Positions 21,559 to 29,796 of a stretch of DNA of 41,427 nt are shown piece after piece. The stretch spans positions 1 to 41,427 of the forward strand of contig CAZBRM010000004.1 of the NCBI GenBank assembly GCA_964494655.1, given 5' to 3'. Made by a program: the position numbers and the translations under genes. Each line of letters opens with the position of its first letter. Position 1 is the stretch's first letter. The notes under the pieces were generated by a model. That model had not been told where the DNA came from. It did no database searches and saw nothing but the letters and a program-made list of their open reading frames with translations. The stretch comes from an uncultured Candidatus Saccharibacteria bacterium. GTDB lineage: Bacteria > Patescibacteriota > Minisyncoccia > Portnoybacterales > UBA2143.

Positions 21559-22092
21559 ATGAAATTAATAATCGGTTTAGGTAATCCAGGAAAAAAATAT
21601 GAAAATGCAAGACATAATCTTGGATTTCTTGCTATTGATGAATTAGCTGAAAAAATAAATATTAATGACTGGAAAATAAAGATGCAATTTAACGCGAATA
21701 TTACTCGAGGAGATTTTAATAACAAAAAAATTATTTTGGCTAAACCACAAACATTTATGAATAATTCAGGGATGGCTATAAAATCAATTACTGATTATTA
21801 TAAAATTTCCGCTGAAAATATTTTAATTATCCATGATGATATTGATTTGAAATTAGGAGAGATAAAAATACAAAAAAATCGCAGTTCGGCAGGACATAAT
21901 GGAGTCCAATCAATTATTGATTATTTAAAAACAAAAGATTTTATTAGAATTCGTCTTGGCATCAAACCGATTGACCAAGAAACAATTATAGATATTGAAA
22001 AATTTGTCCTTCAAAAATTTTCTAAAAAAGAAGAGTTTATTGTTCAAAAAATAATAAAAAAGGCCACTGCATTAATTATAGCGGCCTTATAA
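21559..22092 (+). CDS. pth: peptidyl-tRNA hydrolase
   Basis: LIIGLGNPGKKYENARHNLGF N-terminal signature. Confidence 0.9.
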   Translation: MKLIIGLGNPGKKYENARHNLGFLAIDELAEKININDWKIKMQFNANITRGDFNNKKIILAKPQTFMNNSGMAIKSITDYYKISAENILIIHDDIDLKLGEIKIQKNRSSAGHNGVQSIIDYLKTKDFIRIRLGIKPIDQETIIDIEKFVLQKFSKKEEFIVQKIIKKATALIIAAL

Positions 22093-22106
22093 TTCTTTTG
22101 GAAATC

Positions 22107-22331
22107 TTAGGAATCGAGAAAAGTTATATGATTGAGATTATCTGACTGGTTTATTACTTTGTGAGCCCAGTAAATTACCAGCGACAATATCAAGAGACCA
22201 AAACCGACTATAAAAACGATCTTAATATCCTGACCCTCAGCTATATAGCCAGCCACCACAGCAGCTAGCATGAAACTAAACCCCAGAAACCCCAAAAACT
22301 TTGATAATAACTTTAAAAATTTTTTCATCAC
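22107..22331 (-). CDS. small membrane protein (74 aa, 2 TM)
   Basis: Hydrophobic segments FLGFLGFSFMLAAVVAGYI and IVFIVGFGLLILSLVIYWA. Confidence 0.45.
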   Translation of the reverse strand: MMKKFLKLLSKFLGFLGFSFMLAAVVAGYIAEGQDIKIVFIVGFGLLILSLVIYWAHKVINQSDNLNHITFLDS

Positions 22332-22382
22332 ATTTTCTCCTATAAAAATTTGATGTTAAATAACTAATAATATTATACTAAA

Positions 22383-23270
22383 ATGATAGAATTTGTCAAC
22401 CCCCAAGCTAAATATTTTAACGCTTTTAATTTAATCGGGAATATCGGACCAATTGCTTTTAAAAAAATACTAAATTATTTTGGCTCTTTAGATATTGCTT
22501 GGCAGTCTGGAATTAATGAATTTAAACAAGCAGGATTAAATCAATCTATTGTTGAACAAATAATGAAACAACGACCAAAAATCAATCCTGATTATGAAAT
22601 GGAAAAACTGGAAAAAGAAAAAATTGGCTTAATAACTATTCAAGATGAATCTTATCCAAAACTATTAAAAGAAATATATGCTCCGCCAGTAATACTATAT
22701 ATCCGTGGCAGTTTTAAACCAAACGATAATTTTAGTTTAGGCGTTGTCGGAACAAGAAAGCTTTCTAATTATGGTCAACAAATTACACCAATAATTACAT
22801 CTAAATTAAGCAAAGCAGGCATAACCATTGTCAGCGGATTAGCAAAAGGAATAGATACTATCGCCCATCAAACCGCTATTAAAAATAATGGAAGAACAAT
22901 CGCTGTTTTGGGTTCTGGGATTGATTCAAAAAGCGTTTATCCTGCAATTAATAAATATTTAGCTGAAAAGATTGTTGAAAACGGGGCAGTTATCAGCGAA
23001 TTTCCAATCAATACAAAACCCCTTGCTCAAAATTTTCCTCAGCGCAATAGAATTATCTCAGGACTTAGTTTGGGAATTCTCGTAATTGAAGCTCCAGAAA
23101 AAAGCGGAGCGATGATTACAGCCAGAAATGCTTTGGAACAAAATAGAGATGTTTTTGCAATACCCGGAGATATCCTTTCAAATAATTCCTTAGGCCCGAA
23201 TAGTCTTATAAAAATGGGCGCGAAATTAGTAACTAAAACAAGTGATATTTTAGAAGAATTAAATTTATGA
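22383..23270 (+). CDS. dprA: DNA processing protein DprA
   Basis: VVGTRKLSNYG, SGLAKGIDTIAHQ and AVLGSGID motifs. Confidence 0.9.
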   Translation: MIEFVNPQAKYFNAFNLIGNIGPIAFKKILNYFGSLDIAWQSGINEFKQAGLNQSIVEQIMKQRPKINPDYEMEKLEKEKIGLITIQDESYPKLLKEIYAPPVILYIRGSFKPNDNFSLGVVGTRKLSNYGQQITPIITSKLSKAGITIVSGLAKGIDTIAHQTAIKNNGRTIAVLGSGIDSKSVYPAINKYLAEKIVENGAVISEFPINTKPLAQNFPQRNRIISGLSLGILVIEAPEKSGAMITARNALEQNRDVFAIPGDILSNNSLGPNSLIKMGAKLVTKTSDILEELNL

Positions 23271-25513
23271 AATTAATTATTGTAGAATCGCCAACTAAAA
23301 CAAAAAGTATTTCAAAATTTTTAGGTAAAGAGTATAAGCTTCTGTCTTCTTATGGACACATTAGAGATTTACCTCAAAAAGAATTGGGTGTTGATATTAA
23401 AAATAACTTTGAACCAAAATATGTTATTTCAGATAAAGCTGAAAAAGTAGTAAAAGAATTAAGAGAAGCAGCTAAAAAAGCTGATTTAATTATTCTAGCA
23501 ACTGATGGAGATAGAGAAGGAGAAGCTATTGCTTGGCATATTCTTCATGCCTTAAAAATGGATAAAAACGAAAATTATCAAAGAATTGTTTTTCATGAAA
23601 TAACAAAAAGCGCCATTGAAAAAGCGCTAAAAAATCCAAAAAAAATTAACATAAATCTTGTTAATGCTCAACAAGCTAGAAGAATTTTAGATAGATTAGT
23701 GGGATACAAGCTATCTCCTTTTTTATGGAAAAAAATAGCCAGAGGTCTTTCAGCGGGGCGCGTCCAATCAGTCGCCGTTCGACTTATTGTTGACAGAGAA
23801 AGAGAAATAAAAGCCTTTAAACCGGAAGAATATTGGAGTATCGAAGCCGAACTTTGTTCTATTGGGGGCAGCCCCCAGCAAGCAAGGAGGCTGCCCCCAA
23901 ATAATAGATTTATCGCCCACCTTATAAAAAGAGACAATAAAAAAATAGATAAATTAGAAATTAGAAACAAAAAAGAAGCAGATGAAATATTAAAAGAACT
24001 AAAAGGCGCTCAATATAAAATCTCTGATATTCAGAAAAAAGAAACGAAAAAATATCCTGCTCCTCCTTTCAAAACAAGCACTCTTCAACAGGAAGCATAT
24101 CGCAAATCAGGATTTTCAACTAAGCAAACAATGCGATTAGCGCAGCAATTATATGAAGCTGGCTTAATAACTTATCATCGAACTGACTCTTTGAACCTCT
24201 CTAATCAATCACTAAAAGATGCTCACGAATTTATTAAAAATGAATTCGGTTCAAAGTACCTTTCACCTTTTCCGAAAATTTATAAAACAAAGTCAAAAGG
24301 AGCTCAAGAAGCTCATGAAGCAATTCGTCCAACAAAATCGGGCCATCATCCAGATAAAATAAAAAATCGCTTAGATGGAAGACAATACAAATTATATAGA
24401 TTAATCTGGCGAAGATTTATTGCTTCTCAAATGAATCCAGCTATTTTAGATAATGTCGCAATTGACATTCAGGCAAATAGTTCGACAGGCTCACCATATC
24501 TTTTCAGAGCCAATGGCTCAACAATTAAATTTGACGGCTTTCTTAAAATTTATCCAACCAAATTTAAAGAAAATAATCTTCCATTATTAGATAAAGAAGA
24601 AATTTTAAAATTAATCAAACTTATTTCCGAACAACATTTTACTCAACCACCAGCTCGCTATACTGAAGCTTCCTTAGTAAAAATATTAGAAGAATATAAT
24701 ATTGGACGCCCTTCAACATATGCTAGCATTATCAGCGTTATCCAAGATCGTGGCTATGTAGAAAAAGATGACCAGAAGAGATTTATTCCTGTTGAAATTG
24801 GATTTATTGTCGTAGACATTCTTAAAAAACATTTCCCCAAAATAGTTGATGTCAAATTTACTGCAGATATTGAAGAAGACCTAGATAAAATATCTGAAGG
24901 AAAACAAAAATGGCAAAACACCCTTAAAGAATTTTATGAACCATTTGAAGAAAATCTCAAAAAGAAAACCGCAGAGGTAAAAAAAGAAGACTTTCAAAAA
25001 AAATTAGGACGCAAGTGCCCTAAATGTCAATCAGAATTAGTAGAAAAATTTGGTCGTTTTGGAAAATTTATCGCTTGTACTAATTATCCAGACTGTAAAT
25101 ATACGGAAAAAAGCGCTGCAGACAAAAAAAAAGAAGAAGAAATTAGAAAAAATGAAGGCAATGAAAAAGGCGATATAATTTGTGATAAATGCGGTTCCAA
25201 GATGGAAATTAAAAATGGACCCTATGGAATGTTTTTAGGTTGTAGTAAATATCCTGATTGTAAAAATATTAAAAAAATCGAAAATAAAACCGGAGTAAAA
25301 TGTCCTGAATGCAAAAAAGGAGACATAGTAGAACGAAGAAGCAAAAAGGGGAAAATCTTTTATTCTTGCTCTAAATATCCAAAATGCAAATTCGCTTTAT
25401 GGGATAAGCCAACTACAGAAAAATGCCCGAGATGTGATTCTTTATTAGTTCAAACGAAAAATGATAAAATAAAATGTAGCAATAAGGAATGTAATTATAA
25501 AAAAGATGAATAA
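23267..25513 (+). CDS. topA: DNA topoisomerase I
   Basis: TOPRIM IVESPTKTKSI and DGDREGEAIAWH, active-site ITYHRTDS, and four C-terminal Cys4 zinc ribbons. Confidence 0.95.
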   Translation: MKLIIVESPTKTKSISKFLGKEYKLLSSYGHIRDLPQKELGVDIKNNFEPKYVISDKAEKVVKELREAAKKADLIILATDGDREGEAIAWHILHALKMDKNENYQRIVFHEITKSAIEKALKNPKKININLVNAQQARRILDRLVGYKLSPFLWKKIARGLSAGRVQSVAVRLIVDREREIKAFKPEEYWSIEAELCSIGGSPQQARRLPPNNRFIAHLIKRDNKKIDKLEIRNKKEADEILKELKGAQYKISDIQKKETKKYPAPPFKTSTLQQEAYRKSGFSTKQTMRLAQQLYEAGLITYHRTDSLNLSNQSLKDAHEFIKNEFGSKYLSPFPKIYKTKSKGAQEAHEAIRPTKSGHHPDKIKNRLDGRQYKLYRLIWRRFIASQMNPAILDNVAIDIQANSSTGSPYLFRANGSTIKFDGFLKIYPTKFKENNLPLLDKEEILKLIKLISEQHFTQPPARYTEASLVKILEEYNIGRPSTYASIISVIQDRGYVEKDDQKRFIPVEIGFIVVDILKKHFPKIVDVKFTADIEEDLDKISEGKQKWQNTLKEFYEPFEENLKKKTAEVKKEDFQKKLGRKCPKCQSELVEKFGRFGKFIACTNYPDCKYTEKSAADKKKEEEIRKNEGNEKGDIICDKCGSKMEIKNGPYGMFLGCSKYPDCKNIKKIENKTGVKCPECKKGDIVERRSKKGKIFYSCSKYPKCKFALWDKPTTEKCPRCDSLLVQTKNDKIKCSNKECNYKKDE

Positions 25514-26990
25514 TATTGAACAAATCATACAAAGATTTAAAGAAAATAATCCATCGCAAAACACAGAGGACATTCTTAAAGCTTATGATTTTGCTTTAGA
25601 AGCCCACCATGACCAAAAAAGAAAATCCGGAGAAGATTATATTAACCATTGTCTTGAAACAGCCAAAACATTAGTCGAATTAAAATTAGATAAAGAAACT
25701 ATTATAGCAGCGCTCCTTCATGATGTACTGGACGACACAAAAGTCACTTCAAAAAAAATAGAAAAAGAATTCGGTAAAGAAGTTCTTATGTTGGTTCAAG
25801 GAGTATGCAAAATTGGAAAAATAAAATATCGCGGACAGGAAAGAATGACCGAAAATTTAAGAAAATTGTTCCTGGCAATGGCTAAAGATATTCGTGTTAT
25901 TCTAATAAAGCTTGCTGATAGATTACATAATATGAAAACTCTTAGCGCTTTGCCAGAAGAAAAACAGCAAAGAATTGCCTTAGAAACACTTGAAATTTAT
26001 GCTCCCTTAGCTTATCGCCTAGGTATTGGAGAAATTAAAGGCCAACTAGAAGATATGGCTTTTTCTTATGTACATCCAGATGAGTATAATAAAATAGTTA
26101 AACAGGTTAAAAATAAATATATTCAATGGGAAGATCATCTCAAAGAAATTATTCCGTTAGTCAGAAAAGTATTAGCAAAAAAAGGAATTAAGGTTATTGA
26201 AATTCATTCAAGGACAAAACACTATTATAGTCTATATAAAAAACTCCTTAAATACGACATGGATTGGCATAAAATTTATGACTTAGTCGCTTTAAGAATT
26301 ATTGTTCCTGATATTGAAAGCTGTTATGCAGCATTAGGAATTATACATAAAAAATGGAGGCCTTTAATAGGCAGAATCAAAGACTATATTGCTATTTCAA
26401 AACCGAATGGATATCAATCTTTGCATACCACTATATTCTGCCAAAAAGGAAAAATTATTGAATTTCAAATCAGAACGCCAAAAATGCATGAAGAAGCAGA
26501 ATACGGAATTGCAGCGCATTGGCATTATAGTGAAAATAGAAATTTAAAAGATTATATTAGAGAAAAGATATTAAAACAAAAGTCAAAACGCAAGCCAGAA
26601 GAAGAGTTAAAAAAAGAGCTTATTTGGGTAAAACAGCTCCAAGAATGGCAAAAAGAAAAATCATCCTCTCCGCAAGAATTTATTGATGCTTTAAAAATTG
26701 ATTTTTTAAAAGATAGAATTTTTGTTTTTACACCAAACGGCGATGTTATTGATTTACCAGAAGGAGCTACGCCAATAGATTTTGCATATCAAATTCATAG
26801 TGATATCGGAGATCAATGCGTTGGCGTAAAAATTAACGGCAAACTAAGTCCCATCTCAGAACAGCTTCAAAATGGCCAATTAATTGAAATAATAACTCAG
26901 AAAAATAAAAAGCCAAACAGAGATTGGCTCAAATTCGTCAAAACAAATCAAGCAAAAAGCAGAATTAAAACATGGTTTAGAAAGAATTAA
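25506..26990 (+). CDS. RelA/SpoT homologue ((p)ppGpp hydrolase/synthetase plus TGS domain)
   Basis: HD motif LLHDVLDDT, synthetase KDYIAISKPNGYQSLHT, and TGS VFTPNGDVIDLPEGATPIDFAY. At 494 aa it lacks the usual distal C-terminal domains. Confidence 0.85.
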   Translation: MNNIEQIIQRFKENNPSQNTEDILKAYDFALEAHHDQKRKSGEDYINHCLETAKTLVELKLDKETIIAALLHDVLDDTKVTSKKIEKEFGKEVLMLVQGVCKIGKIKYRGQERMTENLRKLFLAMAKDIRVILIKLADRLHNMKTLSALPEEKQQRIALETLEIYAPLAYRLGIGEIKGQLEDMAFSYVHPDEYNKIVKQVKNKYIQWEDHLKEIIPLVRKVLAKKGIKVIEIHSRTKHYYSLYKKLLKYDMDWHKIYDLVALRIIVPDIESCYAALGIIHKKWRPLIGRIKDYIAISKPNGYQSLHTTIFCQKGKIIEFQIRTPKMHEEAEYGIAAHWHYSENRNLKDYIREKILKQKSKRKPEEELKKELIWVKQLQEWQKEKSSSPQEFIDALKIDFLKDRIFVFTPNGDVIDLPEGATPIDFAYQIHSDIGDQCVGVKINGKLSPISEQLQNGQLIEIITQKNKKPNRDWLKFVKTNQAKSRIKTWFRKN

Positions 26991-27913
26991 ATTTTCAATA
27001 AATAATTAACCGTTTTATCTAATTCTTTCTGACTTGAAAATTCGATACGCAAATGGCCGACATTGCCTCTTTTAGTAATACTTACTCTACAGCCCAAAGT
27101 TTCCCCTAAATTCTTTTCCATTTTCTTAAAAACTATATTTTTTGGCCCACTACTTCTTAACTTATTAGGAAGAGCAACTTTTCTCGCTTTTTCTTCCACC
27201 TGACGAACACTTAAATTATTTTTAATAATTTCATTAAAAAGAGCCATCCGAGCTTCTGGCTTCGCCATTAAAAGCGCTCTACCATGTCCTTCACTAATTT
27301 TATTACTGATCATTGCTTCTTGAGCTTTACTTGGTAAAGTGAGAAGACGAAAAGTATTGGTTACAGCAACTCGACTTTTGCCTACTTTTTCGGCAATATC
27401 TCTATGTCTTAATTTAAAATCATCTCGAAGTTGCTTAAAGGCCAAAGCACAATCTATAGGATTAAGATTTTCGCGCTGAATATTTTCTACTAAAGCTATC
27501 TCTAATCTTTTATTAGCAATAGAGCTTCCACGAATAATAACAGGAACATGAGGTAATCCAGCCATTTTAGATGCGCGCCATCTGCGTTCGCCAGCAACTA
27601 ATTCATATTCTACATCTTGTCCTCTATCAGTAGGCTTTTCAATTTTAGTGACAATCAATGGCTGAAGCACTCCATGCTCTTTAATTGAATCGGCTAACTC
27701 TTTTAAATTTTTTTCCGACACCTCTTTGCGTGGTTGAAAAGAGTTTGGCTTAATCTTATTAACTTCAATATTAAAAATACTATCTTTTTTAGGCCTGCCA
27801 AAATCAATTGATCCACTTTGATTTTTTATTAAATCGGCCATCTTAGATTGTTTTTTGGGAATAAGAGATTGAAGCCCTCTTCCTAATGTTTTTGTCATAA
27901 TTTTATTTATCAA
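26987..27913 (-). CDS. parB: chromosome partitioning protein ParB
   Basis: LVAGERRWRAS box and an HTH region. Confidence 0.9.
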   Translation of the reverse strand: MINKIMTKTLGRGLQSLIPKKQSKMADLIKNQSGSIDFGRPKKDSIFNIEVNKIKPNSFQPRKEVSEKNLKELADSIKEHGVLQPLIVTKIEKPTDRGQDVEYELVAGERRWRASKMAGLPHVPVIIRGSSIANKRLEIALVENIQRENLNPIDCALAFKQLRDDFKLRHRDIAEKVGKSRVAVTNTFRLLTLPSKAQEAMISNKISEGHGRALLMAKPEARMALFNEIIKNNLSVRQVEEKARKVALPNKLRSSGPKNIVFKKMEKNLGETLGCRVSITKRGNVGHLRIEFSSQKELDKTVNYLLKI

Positions 27914-28667
27914 GGTTAATTATTTCTTGAGCTAATCGCTGATAAGCTTTAGCCCCTTTAGAACGCGGATTATATTGAATTATTGACTGACCAAAACTTG
28001 GCGCTTCAGCCAATTTAATACACCGCGGAATAATTGATTCAAAAACATAACCAGCAAAATTTCTATCCATCTCTTTACGAACCTGCCTAGAAAGACGATT
28101 CCTTTTATCATACATAGTCAACAAAGCTCCTTTGACTTTTACAGGACTGCCTAAATTATCTTGAACTAGTTCTATTGTTTTTAAAAGCTGTCCCAATCCC
28201 TCCAAAGCATAATATTCACACTGCACGGGAATAATAACTTCATCAGCTGCAACTAATCCGTTAATAGTTAAAAGACCTAAACTTGGAGGACAATCAATTA
28301 AAATATAATCATAATTAGTTCTAATATGGCGAAGTAATTCATAAAGCTTAAATTCTCTATTAGGCATATTAACTAATTCAACTGTTGCTCCGGCTAAATC
28401 AGGATTAGATGGCAAAATATCATAGCCAAAAAGTTTTGTTTTGCGAATGATTTCTTCAGGCAATAATCCTCCTATTAAAGAATGATATAAGCTCAATGGC
28501 AGCGTTTGAGTATTCAAACCAATTCCTGAGGTTGCATTCGCCTGTGGATCAATGTCAACTAAAAGTACGTATTTACCTAAAGCAGCTAAATAACTAGCTA
28601 AATTAATTGCTGTTGTTGTTTTAGAAACGCCTCCTTTTTGATTAACTAAACTTATAATCTGCGCCAT
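27903..28667 (-). CDS. parA: chromosome partitioning ATPase ParA/Soj
   Basis: Deviant Walker A NQKGGVSKTT, and DCPPSLG. Confidence 0.9.
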   Translation of the reverse strand: MAQIISLVNQKGGVSKTTTAINLASYLAALGKYVLLVDIDPQANATSGIGLNTQTLPLSLYHSLIGGLLPEEIIRKTKLFGYDILPSNPDLAGATVELVNMPNREFKLYELLRHIRTNYDYILIDCPPSLGLLTINGLVAADEVIIPVQCEYYALEGLGQLLKTIELVQDNLGSPVKVKGALLTMYDKRNRLSRQVRKEMDRNFAGYVFESIIPRCIKLAEAPSFGQSIIQYNPRSKGAKAYQRLAQEIINLDK

Positions 28668-28696
28668 TGATTATATTATAATCCAATATAAAAAAA

Positions 28697-28725
28697 TTGA
28701 CAACAAGCCAATTTTAATAGAAAAT
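28697..28725 (+). promoter_or_regulatory. possible promoter of tRNA-Leu
   Basis: TTGACA 28697-28702, 17 nt, GAAAAT 28720-28725. This would start transcription close to the tRNA 5' end. Confidence 0.35.
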
Positions 28726-28733
28726 AAAAGAGA

Positions 28734-28820
28734 GGGGATGTGCTGGAATTGGCAGACAGGATGGTCTCAAACACCATTGGACGCAAGTCCGTGAGGGTTC
28801 AACTCCCTCCATCCCCACCA
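28734..28820 (+). tRNA. tRNA-Leu (anticodon CAA), CCA encoded
   Basis: Acceptor GGGGATG/CATCCCC; anticodon arm ATGGT-CTCAAAC-ACCAT; long variable arm GGACGCAAGTCC; T arm GAGGG-TTCAACT-CCCTC; 3' ACCA. Confidence 0.9.
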
Positions 28821-28824
28821 CTTA

Positions 28825-29472
28825 TTATTTTAGTATCTCCATTAAATCTTTTTTACTGATAGGTCCAACACGCGTAATCTTAGGATTTTGACTAGTTAAG
28901 TCCAGGACTGTTGAAGCAGGACTTTCAGGCAAATCCCCTGCGTCTAAAATCAAATCAGGACGAGAATGCGCTTTGTTAAAAACCTTGATTACATCTGCTG
29001 AAGATATTAAAGATGGCTCACCTGATAAATTAGCTGAAGTAGCCGTAATAGGTTCTTCTAAATTTTCCATTAACAATCTTATAAATTCACAATCAGCAAT
29101 TCTTAATCCAACCGTTCTTTTACCAGCTGTTAAAATATCTGGAATGATTTGTCTTTTTTCTAAAATTACAGTTACTTGTCCTGGCCAGACAGATTCTAAT
29201 ATTTTTTCCTGCTTTTTATTAATAAAAGCAAGTTTTTTTGCCATTTCAATATCTCTTATTATAATTGGAACCGGTTTTGTTTCTGGTCTTTTTTTTATCT
29301 TAAAAAGACGTTTGATGCTATATTCTCGCAAAGCATTAACACCTAAACCGTAAACAGTATCAGTTGGATAAACAATACTGCCACCTCTTTGAATAACTCC
29401 AGCAGCTATTTCAATAATATTATTATCTAAATCTTGCCAATCACCAGCTAAATTAAACTTTATTATTTTCAT
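28825..29472 (-). CDS. tsaC: L-threonylcarbamoyladenylate synthase (YrdC/Sua5/TsaC family)
   Basis: IVYPTDTVYGLGVNA and TATSANLSGEP motifs. Confidence 0.85.
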   Translation of the reverse strand: MKIIKFNLAGDWQDLDNNIIEIAAGVIQRGGSIVYPTDTVYGLGVNALREYSIKRLFKIKKRPETKPVPIIIRDIEMAKKLAFINKKQEKILESVWPGQVTVILEKRQIIPDILTAGKRTVGLRIADCEFIRLLMENLEEPITATSANLSGEPSLISSADVIKVFNKAHSRPDLILDAGDLPESPASTVLDLTSQNPKITRVGPISKKDLMEILK

Positions 29473-29497
29473 ATATTAATTATCCACAAATTAACTA

Positions 29498-29526
29498 TTG
29501 AAAAAACAAATTAATAAGAATATTAT
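29498..29526 (+). promoter_or_regulatory. promoter of the 58-aa ORF
   Basis: TTGAAA 29498-29503, 17 nt, TATTAT 29521-29526. Confidence 0.5.
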
Positions 29527-29577
29527 TATAAATAGTACAATTATTTTAGTTCTCTAAAAAAATAAGGAGGTCTGAAT

Positions 29578-29754
29578 ATGAGAAAAGAATTAATTCATTT
29601 TGCCAATCCTCTGCATATCTTTTGCCGTCTTCTAGATGCTGGTTTCTCTAAAGAAATTGCTTCTCCCCTTGGAAAGATATATGAACATGTAATCTATAGA
29701 CCGTTGTTTCTATGGCTAGGGTTATTTCGTACTCGTATTTCTAATCTCCATTAA
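29578..29754 (+). CDS. hypothetical small protein (58 aa)
   Basis: AAGGAGG lies 7 nt before the ATG. The product is MRKELIHFANPLHIFCRLLDAGFSKEIASPLGKIYEHVIYRPLFLWLGLFRTRISNLH. It is below the track cut-off. Confidence 0.45.
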   Translation: MRKELIHFANPLHIFCRLLDAGFSKEIASPLGKIYEHVIYRPLFLWLGLFRTRISNLH

Positions 29755-29756
29755 AG

Positions 29757-29793
29757 ACGACCAATATAATTCAAATTTTTTTGGTCGTTTTTT
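29757..29793 (+). terminator. intrinsic terminator after the 58-aa ORF
   Basis: ACGACCAA-N16-TTGGTCGT followed by TTTTT. Confidence 0.6.
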
Positions 29794-29796
29794 GTA

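Noticed and set aside
21495-21725. Minus-strand 76-aa ORF across the LCP-pth junction
   Set aside because: It overlaps two well-supported plus-strand genes and the hairpin between them.
23668-23970. Minus-strand 100-aa ORF inside topA
   Set aside because: It is antisense to topA, and the GC-rich palindrome helps keep the frame open.
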